Shown: in pieces, positions 40,727-49,605 of the stretch
Layout: every line of letters begins with the position of its first letter
How positions within the stretch are numbered: position 1 is the first letter of the stretch
Assembly: GCA_963797095.1 (NCBI GenBank)
Contig: CAWCNY010000006.1
Location: 256,001 to 320,000, forward strand
Direction of reading: 5' to 3'
Length of the DNA: 64,000 bases
Origin: an uncultured Chloroflexia bacterium
GTDB lineage: Bacteria > Chloroflexota > Chloroflexia > QHBQ01 > JADMIH01
Position numbers and translations under genes: made by a program
Notes under the pieces: model-generated
Database searches by the model: none
Told to the model about the DNA's origin: nothing
What the model saw: only the letters and a program-made list of their open reading frames with translations

Positions 40727-41863
40727 TCAGCTCGTAAGCACGCCCCAGGTCTCACGCGCGCATCGCTCCCATCTAAATGTCGCCGCTTGTGCCAATCCCT
40801 CCCGCGACAAATCCTCCCTGGTCTGTGGATTCGAGAGCAGACTCGCCACTGCGTCTGCCCACGTGTGCGCATCGGTGGGGTCAAGCAGGATACCGGCATC
40901 GCCCACGACCTCTGGAATCGAGGAAGCGTTGGACGCGATTACAGGAGTGCCACACGACGTAGCCTCAAGCGCGGGCAGGCCGAATCCCTCGTACAGGCTT
41001 GGGAAAGTGAGAGCAAGTGCCCCCGAATAGAGCGCGGGCAGGTCTTCGCGCTCCACGTAATCGGCGAACTTGATCAGGTCGCCTAAACCTTTCTCATTCA
41101 CAGCCTCGAACAGCGAATCGTACAGCCACCCGCGCTTGCCCGCCAGCAATAGCTGGGGTGGTTGCTCCACCATATTGCGCAATATCTCCCACGCCTCGAC
41201 CAGCATACCCAGGTTCTTGCGTGGTTGCAGCGTGCCCACGTGGATGCAATAGGGTCTGCTCACCCCATATTTGGCCGCTACCCTCTCTATCTCTGCCTGA
41301 TCGCCAACCGGCCTGAAGATCGGGTCGCGCCCATGATATACAACGGCGATTTTGCTTGCAGGGATGTGGTAGTGCTTGATAAGGTCGCGCTTGGTGGCCT
41401 CCGAGATCGCGATCACTCGCCGCGCCGAGCGGGCGCTGAACCACGTGGAAATGTGCAGATAGAGGCGCGACAACCGCGTGTGCGCCTGTGGATAGGCCAG
41501 GTATCCCAGGTCGTGGATCGTGACCACGGTGCGGCGTGGGTGCCACAACGGCACGACATGCGATGGCACGAACAATGTGTCGGGCGCGTGCGCCAGCATC
41601 TCAGCCGAAAGCCGCAGATGCGTCCACAATCGCGGGAAGGGTATCGCCCGCACGCGCCACGCCTTAGGCAGATCAACCCCCAGCCTCTCCCTTGCCTCGT
41701 CTTCGTCCTTAAGGTTTGCGTAAAGCACCACTTTGCGCCGCGACGCTTCGGGCAATTCGGCAAGCGCCCCAAGCAGACTCGCAGAATAGTGCTCGGTGCC
41801 CGTCCGCATGGAGAGCACAGCACGGCTGGCATCGATCCCTATAGTTGGTCGCGAACTCGCCAT
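40727..41863 (-). CDS. Glycosyltransferase family 4
   Basis: VTIHDL, VGTLQPRKNL, PSLYEGFGLPALEA. Confidence 0.93.
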   Translation of the reverse strand: MASSRPTIGIDASRAVLSMRTGTEHYSASLLGALAELPEASRRKVVLYANLKDEDEARERLGVDLPKAWRVRAIPFPRLWTHLRLSAEMLAHAPDTLFVPSHVVPLWHPRRTVVTIHDLGYLAYPQAHTRLSRLYLHISTWFSARSARRVIAISEATKRDLIKHYHIPASKIAVVYHGRDPIFRPVGDQAEIERVAAKYGVSRPYCIHVGTLQPRKNLGMLVEAWEILRNMVEQPPQLLLAGKRGWLYDSLFEAVNEKGLGDLIKFADYVEREDLPALYSGALALTFPSLYEGFGLPALEATSCGTPVIASNASSIPEVVGDAGILLDPTDAHTWADAVASLLSNPQTREDLSREGLAQAATFRWERCARETWGVLTS

Positions 41864-41870
41864 TACTTAC

Positions 41871-42000
41871 TCACCGCAGAGGTGCAGAGGACGCAGAGCC
41901 TCACAAAGATCCCCGGCAATCTCCGTGCCTCTGTGTCTCTGTGGTTCCAGGTCATCATCAATCTTACTAAATCTCTGCGTCCTAAGCGTCTCTGCGGTGA
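41871..42000. repeat. REP-like palindromic element with (acgcagag)-type 8/9-mer arms
   Basis: tcaccgcagaggtgcagaggacgcagag ... ctctgcgtcctaagcgtctctgcggtga, with an inner ctccgtgcctctgtgtctctgtggtt arm. Confidence 0.8.
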
Positions 42001-42005
42001 TCTCG

Positions 42006-43307
42006 CTACATGCCAAGCTTGAGCATCTCGTCCAGGCGCGGCACAAGCTCCTCGATTGGAACGCGTACCTGGCCCATGCTGTCGCGGTCGCGTATGGTGA
42101 CGGCTTTGTCGTTGAGGGTCTCGAAGTCTAAGGTCACACACAGGGGCGTGCCGATCTCGTCCTGGCGGCGATAACGCTTGCCTATCGAGCCTGTATCGTC
42201 ATACTGGCTCATGAATTGGAGCCGCACGATAGCGTGCACCTTCCTTGCATCTTCGGCCAGCTTTTTGGACAGGGGCAGCACCGCCACCTTGATCGGCGCG
42301 ATCTCCGGGTGGAACCTCATCACAACGCGCGTTTCATCGTTGTCAGGCTCCTCATCATACGCATTCAGGAGGTGGATCAACGCGATGCGGTCCACGCCCA
42401 CCGCAGGCTCGATCACATAGGGGGTGATATGCTCGCCCGTTTCCTCGTCGAAGTAGGTAAGGTCTTTGTTGCTGGCAGCCGTGTGCCTCTTCAGGTCGAA
42501 GTCGGTGCGCGACGCCACGCCCTCAAGCTCACCCCAGCCCCACGGGAACTTGTACTCGATGTCGGTGGTGGCATTCGAGTAGTGGGCCAATTCATCCTGC
42601 TCATGTTCTCGCAGGCGCAGGTTTTCGGACTTCACTCCGTACTTGAGGTGCCATTCGTGCCGCATCTTGACCCAGGTGCGATACCACTCAAGCTCGGTGC
42701 CGGGCCGCACGAAATACTCCATCTCCATCTGCTCGAACTCGCGTGTGCGGAAGATGAAGTTGCCTGGCGTGATCTCGTTGCGGAACGCCTTGCCCTGCTG
42801 TGCGATACCGAACGGCAACTTGCGCCTCATCGACTGCTGCACGTTGAAGAAGTTGACGAATATACCCTGTGCTGTCTCCGGGCGCAGGTAGGCCACCGAA
42901 GCGTCGTCCTCCACCGGGCCAACGAATGTCTTGAACATCAGATTGAACTTGCGTACCTCGGTCAGTTCGCCGCCACAGTCAGGGCACCTATCGCCCTCGA
43001 TCTGGTCGGCGCGGAACCTGTGGTGGCAGCTCTTACAGTCCACCATCGGATCGGCGAACTCGGTCAGGTGGCCCGAAGCCTGCCAGATAAGGGGGGACAT
43101 CAGAATAGCCGAATCGAGGCCCACGATGTCGTCCCGGCGCTGCACCATATCGCGCCACCACAGGTTCTTGATATTCCGCTTTAGCTCCACACCCAGCGGT
43201 CCATAATCCCATGTAGAAGAAAAGCCGCCATATATCTCGCTGGATGGGAAGACGAAGCCCCGACGTTTAGCCAGCGAGACGATTGTGTCCATAGATACGT
43301 TTTCCAT
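42006..43307 (-). CDS. glyQS: Glycine-tRNA ligase, alpha2 type
   Basis: [53 protein letters not shown]; ATG 43307 with AGGAGG RBS. Confidence 0.97.
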   Translation of the reverse strand: MENVSMDTIVSLAKRRGFVFPSSEIYGGFSSTWDYGPLGVELKRNIKNLWWRDMVQRRDDIVGLDSAILMSPLIWQASGHLTEFADPMVDCKSCHHRFRADQIEGDRCPDCGGELTEVRKFNLMFKTFVGPVEDDASVAYLRPETAQGIFVNFFNVQQSMRRKLPFGIAQQGKAFRNEITPGNFIFRTREFEQMEMEYFVRPGTELEWYRTWVKMRHEWHLKYGVKSENLRLREHEQDELAHYSNATTDIEYKFPWGWGELEGVASRTDFDLKRHTAASNKDLTYFDEETGEHITPYVIEPAVGVDRIALIHLLNAYDEEPDNDETRVVMRFHPEIAPIKVAVLPLSKKLAEDARKVHAIVRLQFMSQYDDTGSIGKRYRRQDEIGTPLCVTLDFETLNDKAVTIRDRDSMGQVRVPIEELVPRLDEMLKLGM

Positions 43308-43404
43308 GCCCTTACCTCCTTGTTTGGTAGCCGGTAGTCGGATTATGGTTCCTGGTTCCTGGTTTCCGCAATCGTTTATCGTCCTCCGACTACCGGCTAC
43401 CGGC

Positions 43405-43620
43405 AACAAAAAACCCCTCATCCCTGCCATCTGGCATAGGGACGAGAGGCCGATTTACTCCCGCGGTTCCACCCTACTTGGCACCCAACTTGATGCCCTC
43501 TTTGTGATGCCTGCCTTGCTCCGGAGCGCCATTACCGTTTCAGACAACCGGGGCTTCCACCCTCTCGCGAGGCCCCTCTCTCTGTTTGCCTTCAGCGGCT
43601 ACCATTCTCCATCATAGCTA
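43405..43620 (-). ncRNA. Glycine T-box riboswitch leader
   Basis: Minus strand: AGGGTGGAACCGCG T-box, terminator ending GGGGTTTTTTGTT, and stem I with a GGC specifier (AATGGCGCTCC). Confidence 0.9.
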
Positions 43621-43672
43621 CGGTGCGGCACGGTGTGCTATTCAGTTGGTTAGTATTATAACGAACCTCGCG

Positions 43673-44122
43673 CTATGCGGCAACCTCTAAAGCGTGCTCA
43701 AACAGGCACAGAGAATCCGTAACTGCGGCGTCTATGAAGAGCGCACCATGAGTTCTTGCTACCGAGACCCTGTGGTGCCCATCGCGAACGAAGTACTCGT
43801 CACCCACCTTCTGAAGCTCAACAGGGGGCAGTGCCTCGCCGTTCAAGAATGCCTCTTCGATTCGTTCCCATCGCTGACGTGTGACATCCGTGAGTGGGTT
43901 GAAGTCTCGGTCGAAATCGCGTGTTCGATTGATGCTGCCCACGATGCAGGTCAAGGGGATCTGTTGAATGCCGCTGAGAGTCTGGCCAGCATATACACGT
44001 CCGGATTTGACTGCGGACAGAGAAAGCAGCGCATTATCCCTGGAGAGGACGGCCCTGAGCAAGCGGCCCATTATCGCCTTCTTTCTGGCACGTTGGAAAT
44101 GTGTTTCCGGCATCTTGTCCAC
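43673..44122 (-). CDS. Small ParB/sulfiredoxin-like nuclease-fold protein
   Basis: IVGSINR..DFDRDF.P, LPPVEL, YFVRDGHHRVSVA. Confidence 0.75.
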   Translation of the reverse strand: MDKMPETHFQRARKKAIMGRLLRAVLSRDNALLSLSAVKSGRVYAGQTLSGIQQIPLTCIVGSINRTRDFDRDFNPLTDVTRQRWERIEEAFLNGEALPPVELQKVGDEYFVRDGHHRVSVARTHGALFIDAAVTDSLCLFEHALEVAA

Positions 44123-44298
44123 CTCGCTTGTCTATCGGGTCTTATCATGTGATCTATCCCTCCTAATATATCGGGCATCCATCGGATAGGCATCGTGCGC
44201 AAGGTGGAACCAGGCAACAACGAGTGGAGTAACATTATCTACTACTTCTGTACGACCCTATTTAGGCCCTGGAATCGCAAGTAAGGTGGACCCCGTTG

Positions 44299-44489
44299 TC
44301 AAGACCACTGGGAGGCATTTTCTAAGGTGAGATTGCCTCCTTCTTGTGGGGTAGCTAGCCGACGGTAGACTGCCGCCGGTGTCTGATAGTCGAGGGCCTG
44401 GTGGGGCCGCTCATGGTTGTAGAATTCGATGTATTGGCCCAGGCTATGCCTTGCCTCTCTAGGAGTGCAGTATTCGTGCAGGTACACCT
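44299..44489 (-). CDS. IS3 transposase orfB, exon 3
   Basis: (E)VYLHEY...YIEFYNHERPHQALDYQTP, the IS3 C-terminal motif. Confidence 0.9.
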
Positions 44490-45260
44490 GTAGGCTAAGG
44501 GCCGTGCGCCTTGAGGTATTGCTATCTCAGGTTTCACTGCCCTCGCCTCCAAACCGGACGTACTCATTTCTGAGTATCTCGGCTTTCCCGTCCTTCGTTC
44601 CTTGGCTGGCAAGCCAAGTATTGCAAGTAGGATTTTCGGTTGTTGTGGCACTATGTGCCCCTCCTTTCCCCCTTGCAAGTGAAGGACCTGCGAGACTTCG
44701 CCTTGTACACGCCGTTAACGTGCGCCGAGAGTGGGCATTACTCCACTGACTACTACTCTCGCTCCGTAGCCTGGTGTAATATTCAGGTCCTGCAACCATA
44801 GCCTTGTGTCAGACTTGTATCTAACGCAGTGGCATTTACACTCGAGCTATCCCCGTTTAGTCTTAAACCAGATGCTTTCGATTTAGGTGGCTCGTTCAAA
44901 CCTTTATTCTCTTACTGAGACTGTGTTGGCCTAGAGGGTACATCCCATCATGAGGAGAAATGGGATGTTGGGCCAAAAGTGAGTGTCACCAGCCTTGCTG
45001 TCACCTGTCACCAGCCTGCTCACCCGGTTCAAGTTGCCCCACTCGGTTCTGAGCTTCAAGCAGTTTAGCCTTCACCATGTCGAAATTACTCTGAGAAACC
45101 CTCCGGTTGACTGGAACCATTGTTTTCCCTTACTGATGCCGTGCTATGTTCCCTCACGAGTTTTCACTCTTGAGGTAAGGCACTGAGTAGCTTCCTTTCC
45201 CTCAGGAAGCGAGATTGTTCGGAGCAATCTCACTGGCACTAAGACCCTTTACGGGCGCAC
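44490..45260 (-). mobile_element. ORF-less group II intron 2 (771 nt, IIA/ML-like)
   Basis: 5' GTGCGCCCG; domain V AAGCCGAGATACTCAGAAATGAGTACGTCCGGTTT; DVI ending CCTAC; EBS1/delta loop at 44950-57 complementary to the junction ATGAGG|AG. Confidence 0.93.
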
Positions 45261-45501
45261 CCTCATAGTTGATGGTTCTCCAAAGCCGCTCGGTGAAGAT
45301 GTTGTCCACGAACCGGCCCCTCCCATCCATGCTGATCCGCACGCCCGCCTCCTCCAACAGGCTGGTGTACTGCGGAGAGGTGAAGTGGCTTCCCTGGTCG
45401 GAGTTCCAGATATGGGGAGTCGCCCTGGAAAGAGCGGCACGAGTAGCTTCCATCACGAAGCTTTGCCCCATGTTCTGGCTCAGCTCCCAGCTAACGATGT
45501 A
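45261..45501 (-). CDS. IS3 transposase orfB, exon 2
   Basis: YIVSWEL...WNSDQGSHFTS...SMDGRGRFVDNIFTERLWRTINYE (D2 and E of the DDE motif). Confidence 0.92.
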
Positions 45502-46231
45502 GTAGGCTAGGCCGCCAGCGAGTTGCCGTTGCCGACACTTTTCTGTCGGCCCGCCCCCGAACCCCGCATGCGCGTTGTCCACGCACGAGGCTCTCCAGTG
45601 TCATGATACGTGAACGTGAGTACCCTTTGTCCTGCCTGATGGCAGTCCTCTGCTACCACGTTCGCGTATGAGGTTGAGTACAGTTTCGGCGCTCTGCATT
45701 ACGCATACCTCTGTGTCTGTCTCCTCCCTGACACCTGTCACCCTTCCCCATGTAGACGGCTTTCCCGTCCGCAGAGTAGTATGGTGACTCCGTTACCATG
45801 GGGGTCTCCCCCTTTAGGCAATCCCATATTCCCTGGGTGTTAGACGTTCTAGCGTGACTTAGGTGCTTCGTTCGCTTCCTTTAGTAACCTCGTTGGCTAC
45901 CGCCCTCCAGTGGAAAGTTTCAGACGGCTCTCGATACTCCGCCCTGTACTGGAGGCTCTGCCATAAACAGTGTGTCAGAGGACGTGGCATTGCATCGCTG
46001 GAAACTGAAGTTCGGGCAATATTGCCTGAATGGGCAATAACAGTTTAGCTCTCACCATATCACGCGGGTCTTGCAGGGCCGTACGGTAACTGTTTTCCCG
46101 TACTCCCCACTTTATCGGCATGCTACTTTCCCCTTCAACTTTCGTATCCAGGTAGGCCGATTGACCCATAGGTCTCCTTTCCAACCTATCCCGCTTGCGG
46201 CGGGGATCTAACGTCCGGTTATATGGCGCAC
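45502..46231 (-). mobile_element. ORF-less group II intron 1 (730 nt, IIA/ML-like)
   Basis: 5' GTGCGCCAT; domain V GAGCCTCGTGCGTGGACAACGCGCATGCGGGGTTC; DVI ending CCTAC; splits HSR|YIVSW exactly between codons. Confidence 0.93.
45601..45699 (-). pseudogene. Remnant of intron-encoded RT/maturase (32 codons, internal deletion)
   Basis: MQSAETVLNLIRERGSRGLP resembles the N-terminus of group II intron RTs; lies just 5' of domain V, i.e. in domain IV. Confidence 0.7.
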
Positions 46232-46714
46232 GCGGGAGTGCCAGTCCAACACCGCCACGAGGTAGAGCCAGCCTGGGTAGTCGCCCTTCATCCTGACGTA
46301 GGTCAAATCCACTCCCCAGACGTGGTTCGGGTACTGGGCCACCACTCCCCGGAGCAGATAGGGATATTTCGAATCGGACGCTCGTTTGCTACCTCTGCTC
46401 AGATGCGGACCCGGCACTATGGCCGAAAGACCCATCTCTCGCATATGCCTGATTACGGCTTTGCGGTTGACCGCATGACCCTCTTGCTGCAACTGCACGG
46501 TGATGCGCCGAGAGCCGTAGAAGGGGCGAGCTGTGTAGATTTCGTCTATGCGCCTCTTGAGGAGCACCTCCTCAGAAGAGGGAGGCACACTGTGGTAGTA
46601 CAAGCTGCTGCGGTTCAGCCCAAGCAGCTGGGTCTGAGCACGCATCGACAACCCCTGCACAGTGGTAACCGAAGGCTCCCGCTCCAGCAACGCTACTCGC
46701 TCCGCCCTACTCAT
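46232..46714 (-). CDS. IS3 transposase orfB, exon 1
   Basis: LLGLNRSSLYY, PFYGSRRI, YPYLLR, PNHVWGVDLTY, LYLVAVLDWHSR. Confidence 0.92.
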
Positions 46715-47021
46715 CGAGCCGGCCAGCTTTTTTTCCCAGCCACTCCAACTGGGTGGTCAGCTTGCCTATCTGGGCATACAGTTCATGCACTTTCTGGGCG
46801 TGTGCCTGTTCCCTCTGTGCCTGCTCTTTGGCCGACTGGCCGGAGAAGAGGGTGGGCAGCCCCTGCAAAGCGATGTCTCGCCACTGGTAGAGTTGGTGGG
46901 GGTGGATGCCATGTTCGGCGGCTATCTGCGCGACACTCTTCTCCTCGCGCAGTATCTCCCGCACGATGTTAGCCTTGTACTCCGGTGAATACTGGTTGCG
47001 TAGTCCGTTCATCTTTCTCAT
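46707..47021 (-). CDS. IS3 transposase orfA (HTH)
   Basis: YSPEYKANIV, IAAEHGIHP.QLYQW, LYAQIGKL..LEWL.KK. Confidence 0.92.
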   Translation of the reverse strand: MRKMNGLRNQYSPEYKANIVREILREEKSVAQIAAEHGIHPHQLYQWRDIALQGLPTLFSGQSAKEQAQREQAHAQKVHELYAQIGKLTTQLEWLGKKAGRLDE

Positions 47022-47083
47022 GGTTGTTCCATCTCACCTTAAATCCTGCCGTTTCGTGGTCTAGTTTATGGGATCCATTATAA

Positions 47084-47140
47084 AGGGCACCCCTCATAGG
47101 TGCCCTCTGTAGGGTGCCCTCTGTAGGGTGCCCTCTGTAG
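47084..47140. repeat. Hairpin agggcacc/ggtgccct plus three perfect 14-bp copies of ggtgccctctgtag
   Basis: Copies at 47099-112, 47113-126 and 47127-140, abutting the IS end. Confidence 0.9.
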
Positions 47141-47215
47141 AAGAGATCCTTTTGTATGCCGCTCCATAAGTCCCGAAGGGCACCTATTTTTGGTGCCTTT
47201 ATGCTCTTGGCCGGA

Positions 47216-49597
47216 TTATGATCTTGGCGATGTTTCTAATTTTGCTTCGGCGGTGGCGGTCCTTGGTTGGGCGGCTTCGGAGCGGTGGCCTTTCTGGCGT
47301 TCGGCCAGGAAATAGCTCCCTATCACGAACGTGCCCGCTGCGATCTGCAACAATATCCCTTCCCAGGTAGGATACACGCCGAGCCACGTCCCAACCCAGT
47401 AGGGCAGGTCGAGCGCGGAAATAGTGTGCGCCGGAAGCCAACCAACCATCTGCATGATATGGGTCGTGTTCCCCACCATTATCAGGAGCACGCCCCCGAT
47501 CATCACACCCGTCACCACCAGCATCTTCTTGTACGGCAGTTTGGCCTGTAGCGCCAGCACCACCACGCCCACCAGCACCGTGCCCGCCAGCCCCACAGCG
47601 ATACCCGCCAGCACCGGCCCAATGCCCGCCTCCAATACTAGGGCTTGCAGGAACAGCACCACCTCGAAGCCTTCGCGGTAAACGCTTGTGAAGCCAAGCA
47701 CTACCAACCCAAGCATCTGGCCCATCTCGCCGCTGATCAGGCGCTTCTTCTGGGCGTGGAAGCTGGCGATCCAGCCGGTCCAGTACACCTTGTGGAAGAA
47801 CCAGTTGGTGATCAGCAGCAGCACCCCGATAGCGATCAGCGATACAACCGCCTCCAACGCCTCGCCGTACCTGGCAAGCGAAGCAATCAGGTCGCTCGCC
47901 AGCAGCCATGTAAGCGCGGTAACGCCAAGCGATACCGCTACTCCCCACCATAGCGGCTTGCGGAACCGCCTGTTGGCCCCGCTCTTCAGGCTGCCCAGCA
48001 GCGAAGCGAGGATCAGCACGGTTTCAAGCCCTTCGCGGAACACTATGATTGCCGAGTTGGTGGCGACCGCCACGGGAGCGTTGTTGCCCTTCACCACCTC
48101 GGTTGCTTCCTCCAGACTGGAGTCCAGCATACCTCTGGTGGCCTTGATCTGCGACAACGGGGCCTGGTTGGAGATGAGGTACGCCAGCCCGCGCTGCGTG
48201 TCGGAGCCGTACCAGAAGAGGTCTTCAAGCTGCAAGGCCAATTGCGGCGCGAATACCTTCAACCTGGCTTCAGGCCCAGTTTCCAGGATAGCGTATGCCT
48301 CCAGGCGCGCAGACTCGGCCAGCGCATAATCGCCTGAGGCTACAGCCGATTCCATCCGGTCCAGCACCGAGGCGATCACATCCAGGTCAGCCGATGGGCT
48401 GGCCTTCTTCCATGCTTCGGGCATTATGCCATTCAGCAGGTTGGTGATCTGCGTCGTGGCAGCCTGTACTTCATCGGGGTTGGCTACGGCCGTGCGCCTG
48501 GCGGCGGCATCAAGCCCAGCGGTCTGCTCGCCCATCAGGCGCTCGATCTCGGCGGCCTTGGCGGCGTCCTGCTTTTCCAGGATGATCGCCAGGTCGGCTA
48601 AGGCCGCCGTCGCCCCAGCCTGGAAGGTGATCGCTTCCTGCAACTCGATATCCTGGGCTACTGTGCCGTTGCTCACCCCACGCGCATATTCCACCGGGAC
48701 CAGCGACAGGAAGCGGAGCAACTGGCCTGCACGCCGCACCTGCTCCTCGTCTGTAAGGGGTGCGGCTCGGAAACCCTTGAGCACACCCTCCACAGTCGCC
48801 AGATAAGTAGTGGGGTCCTTGCCCTCTACCCCTGCCTGCCTCAGCGCGTCAAACGCGCCTTGCGCCGCAGAAAGCCCCGCTGCTCCATTCTGCGTCTTAT
48901 ACTGCGCTGCCAAAATACCGAAATAGCCCGCCGCCAGCGATGTATGCTGGGCGAACCCAACCAGGAAGCCCTGTCTGTAATCGTCGGGCGCGCTTCTCAG
49001 CGCGTCTTCCATACGCGCCTGATATGTGTCCAGCAGATCGGCGCGTACCGCCTGCATGGTGTCGTCGCCTGTGATCTCGCCCCTGCCGAAGGCCGCTACT
49101 GCCAGCGTGGCATCGGCATCGGGCCTTGAGAAGCGGGTGGCCTGCCGGAACTCGCGCACCGCCAACCATTGGCGTGCTTTCGCTGCATCGCCACTTTGCA
49201 CCGATTTTTCCACTTCAGCGAACGCGGCATTGAGGAGAGCTGTCCACGTACTTGCCTGAGCGGACGCGAATAGCGGGCCTTTGCCCTGCGCCAGCGCGGC
49301 GCTTGCCTGTGTAAACCCAGCCTGGATGCCAGAAGCCCGCTCAGGCACGTCCTTTTCCAGGTCTGCCCGCAGGTCTTGATCATAGGTGGCTTGTGCCTGG
49401 GCCAACTGCCGGCTTGCGTCCGTGTTATCGAGCACATTTAATTGCGCTTGCGCTAGCAGCGAGCGTACCTGTTCAGCCGATGCGGCCGGTGTTGTCTCAC
49501 CCGATGCAACCGTCCGGGCAAAGCCGCCAGGGGCCAACATGTGGCCCCATGCAACGGCGAGTATGACTATCAATGAAATGCGTAGCAGCCTGGACAT
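47216..49597 (-). CDS. FTR1/EfeU-family iron permease with large N-terminal extracellular domain
   Basis: FREGLE and YREGFE (RExxE) motifs in the C-terminal TM domain; N-terminal signal sequence. Confidence 0.88.
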   Translation of the reverse strand: MSRLLRISLIVILAVAWGHMLAPGGFARTVASGETTPAASAEQVRSLLAQAQLNVLDNTDASRQLAQAQATYDQDLRADLEKDVPERASGIQAGFTQASAALAQGKGPLFASAQASTWTALLNAAFAEVEKSVQSGDAAKARQWLAVREFRQATRFSRPDADATLAVAAFGRGEITGDDTMQAVRADLLDTYQARMEDALRSAPDDYRQGFLVGFAQHTSLAAGYFGILAAQYKTQNGAAGLSAAQGAFDALRQAGVEGKDPTTYLATVEGVLKGFRAAPLTDEEQVRRAGQLLRFLSLVPVEYARGVSNGTVAQDIELQEAITFQAGATAALADLAIILEKQDAAKAAEIERLMGEQTAGLDAAARRTAVANPDEVQAATTQITNLLNGIMPEAWKKASPSADLDVIASVLDRMESAVASGDYALAESARLEAYAILETGPEARLKVFAPQLALQLEDLFWYGSDTQRGLAYLISNQAPLSQIKATRGMLDSSLEEATEVVKGNNAPVAVATNSAIIVFREGLETVLILASLLGSLKSGANRRFRKPLWWGVAVSLGVTALTWLLASDLIASLARYGEALEAVVSLIAIGVLLLITNWFFHKVYWTGWIASFHAQKKRLISGEMGQMLGLVVLGFTSVYREGFEVVLFLQALVLEAGIGPVLAGIAVGLAGTVLVGVVVLALQAKLPYKKMLVVTGVMIGGVLLIMVGNTTHIMQMVGWLPAHTISALDLPYWVGTWLGVYPTWEGILLQIAAGTFVIGSYFLAERQKGHRSEAAQPRTATAEAKLETSPRS

Positions 49598-49605
49598 AGC
49601 GTTCC

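Larger units (their letters stand above)
44282..47082 (-). mobile_element. IS3-family insertion sequence (1300 bp without introns) carrying two group II introns
   Basis: Imperfect 27-bp IRs (taaggtggaccccgttgtcaagaccac vs tataatggatcccataaactagaccac, 18/27); AAG direct repeat at 44279-81 and 47083-85; orfA HTH plus orfB DDE. Confidence 0.93.

Noticed and set aside
44984-45024. Imperfect tgtcaccagcc(t)tgc repeat inside intron 2 as a separate element
   Set aside because: Most simply a local duplication within domain I between EBS2 and EBS1; no independent element features.
44355-46184. Small ORFs within the IS (107, 90, 67, 61 and 69 aa) as cargo genes, or the IS as a randomly decayed pseudogene
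   Set aside because: They fall inside group II intron RNA structure, and the transposase pieces rejoin exactly at the intron boundaries.
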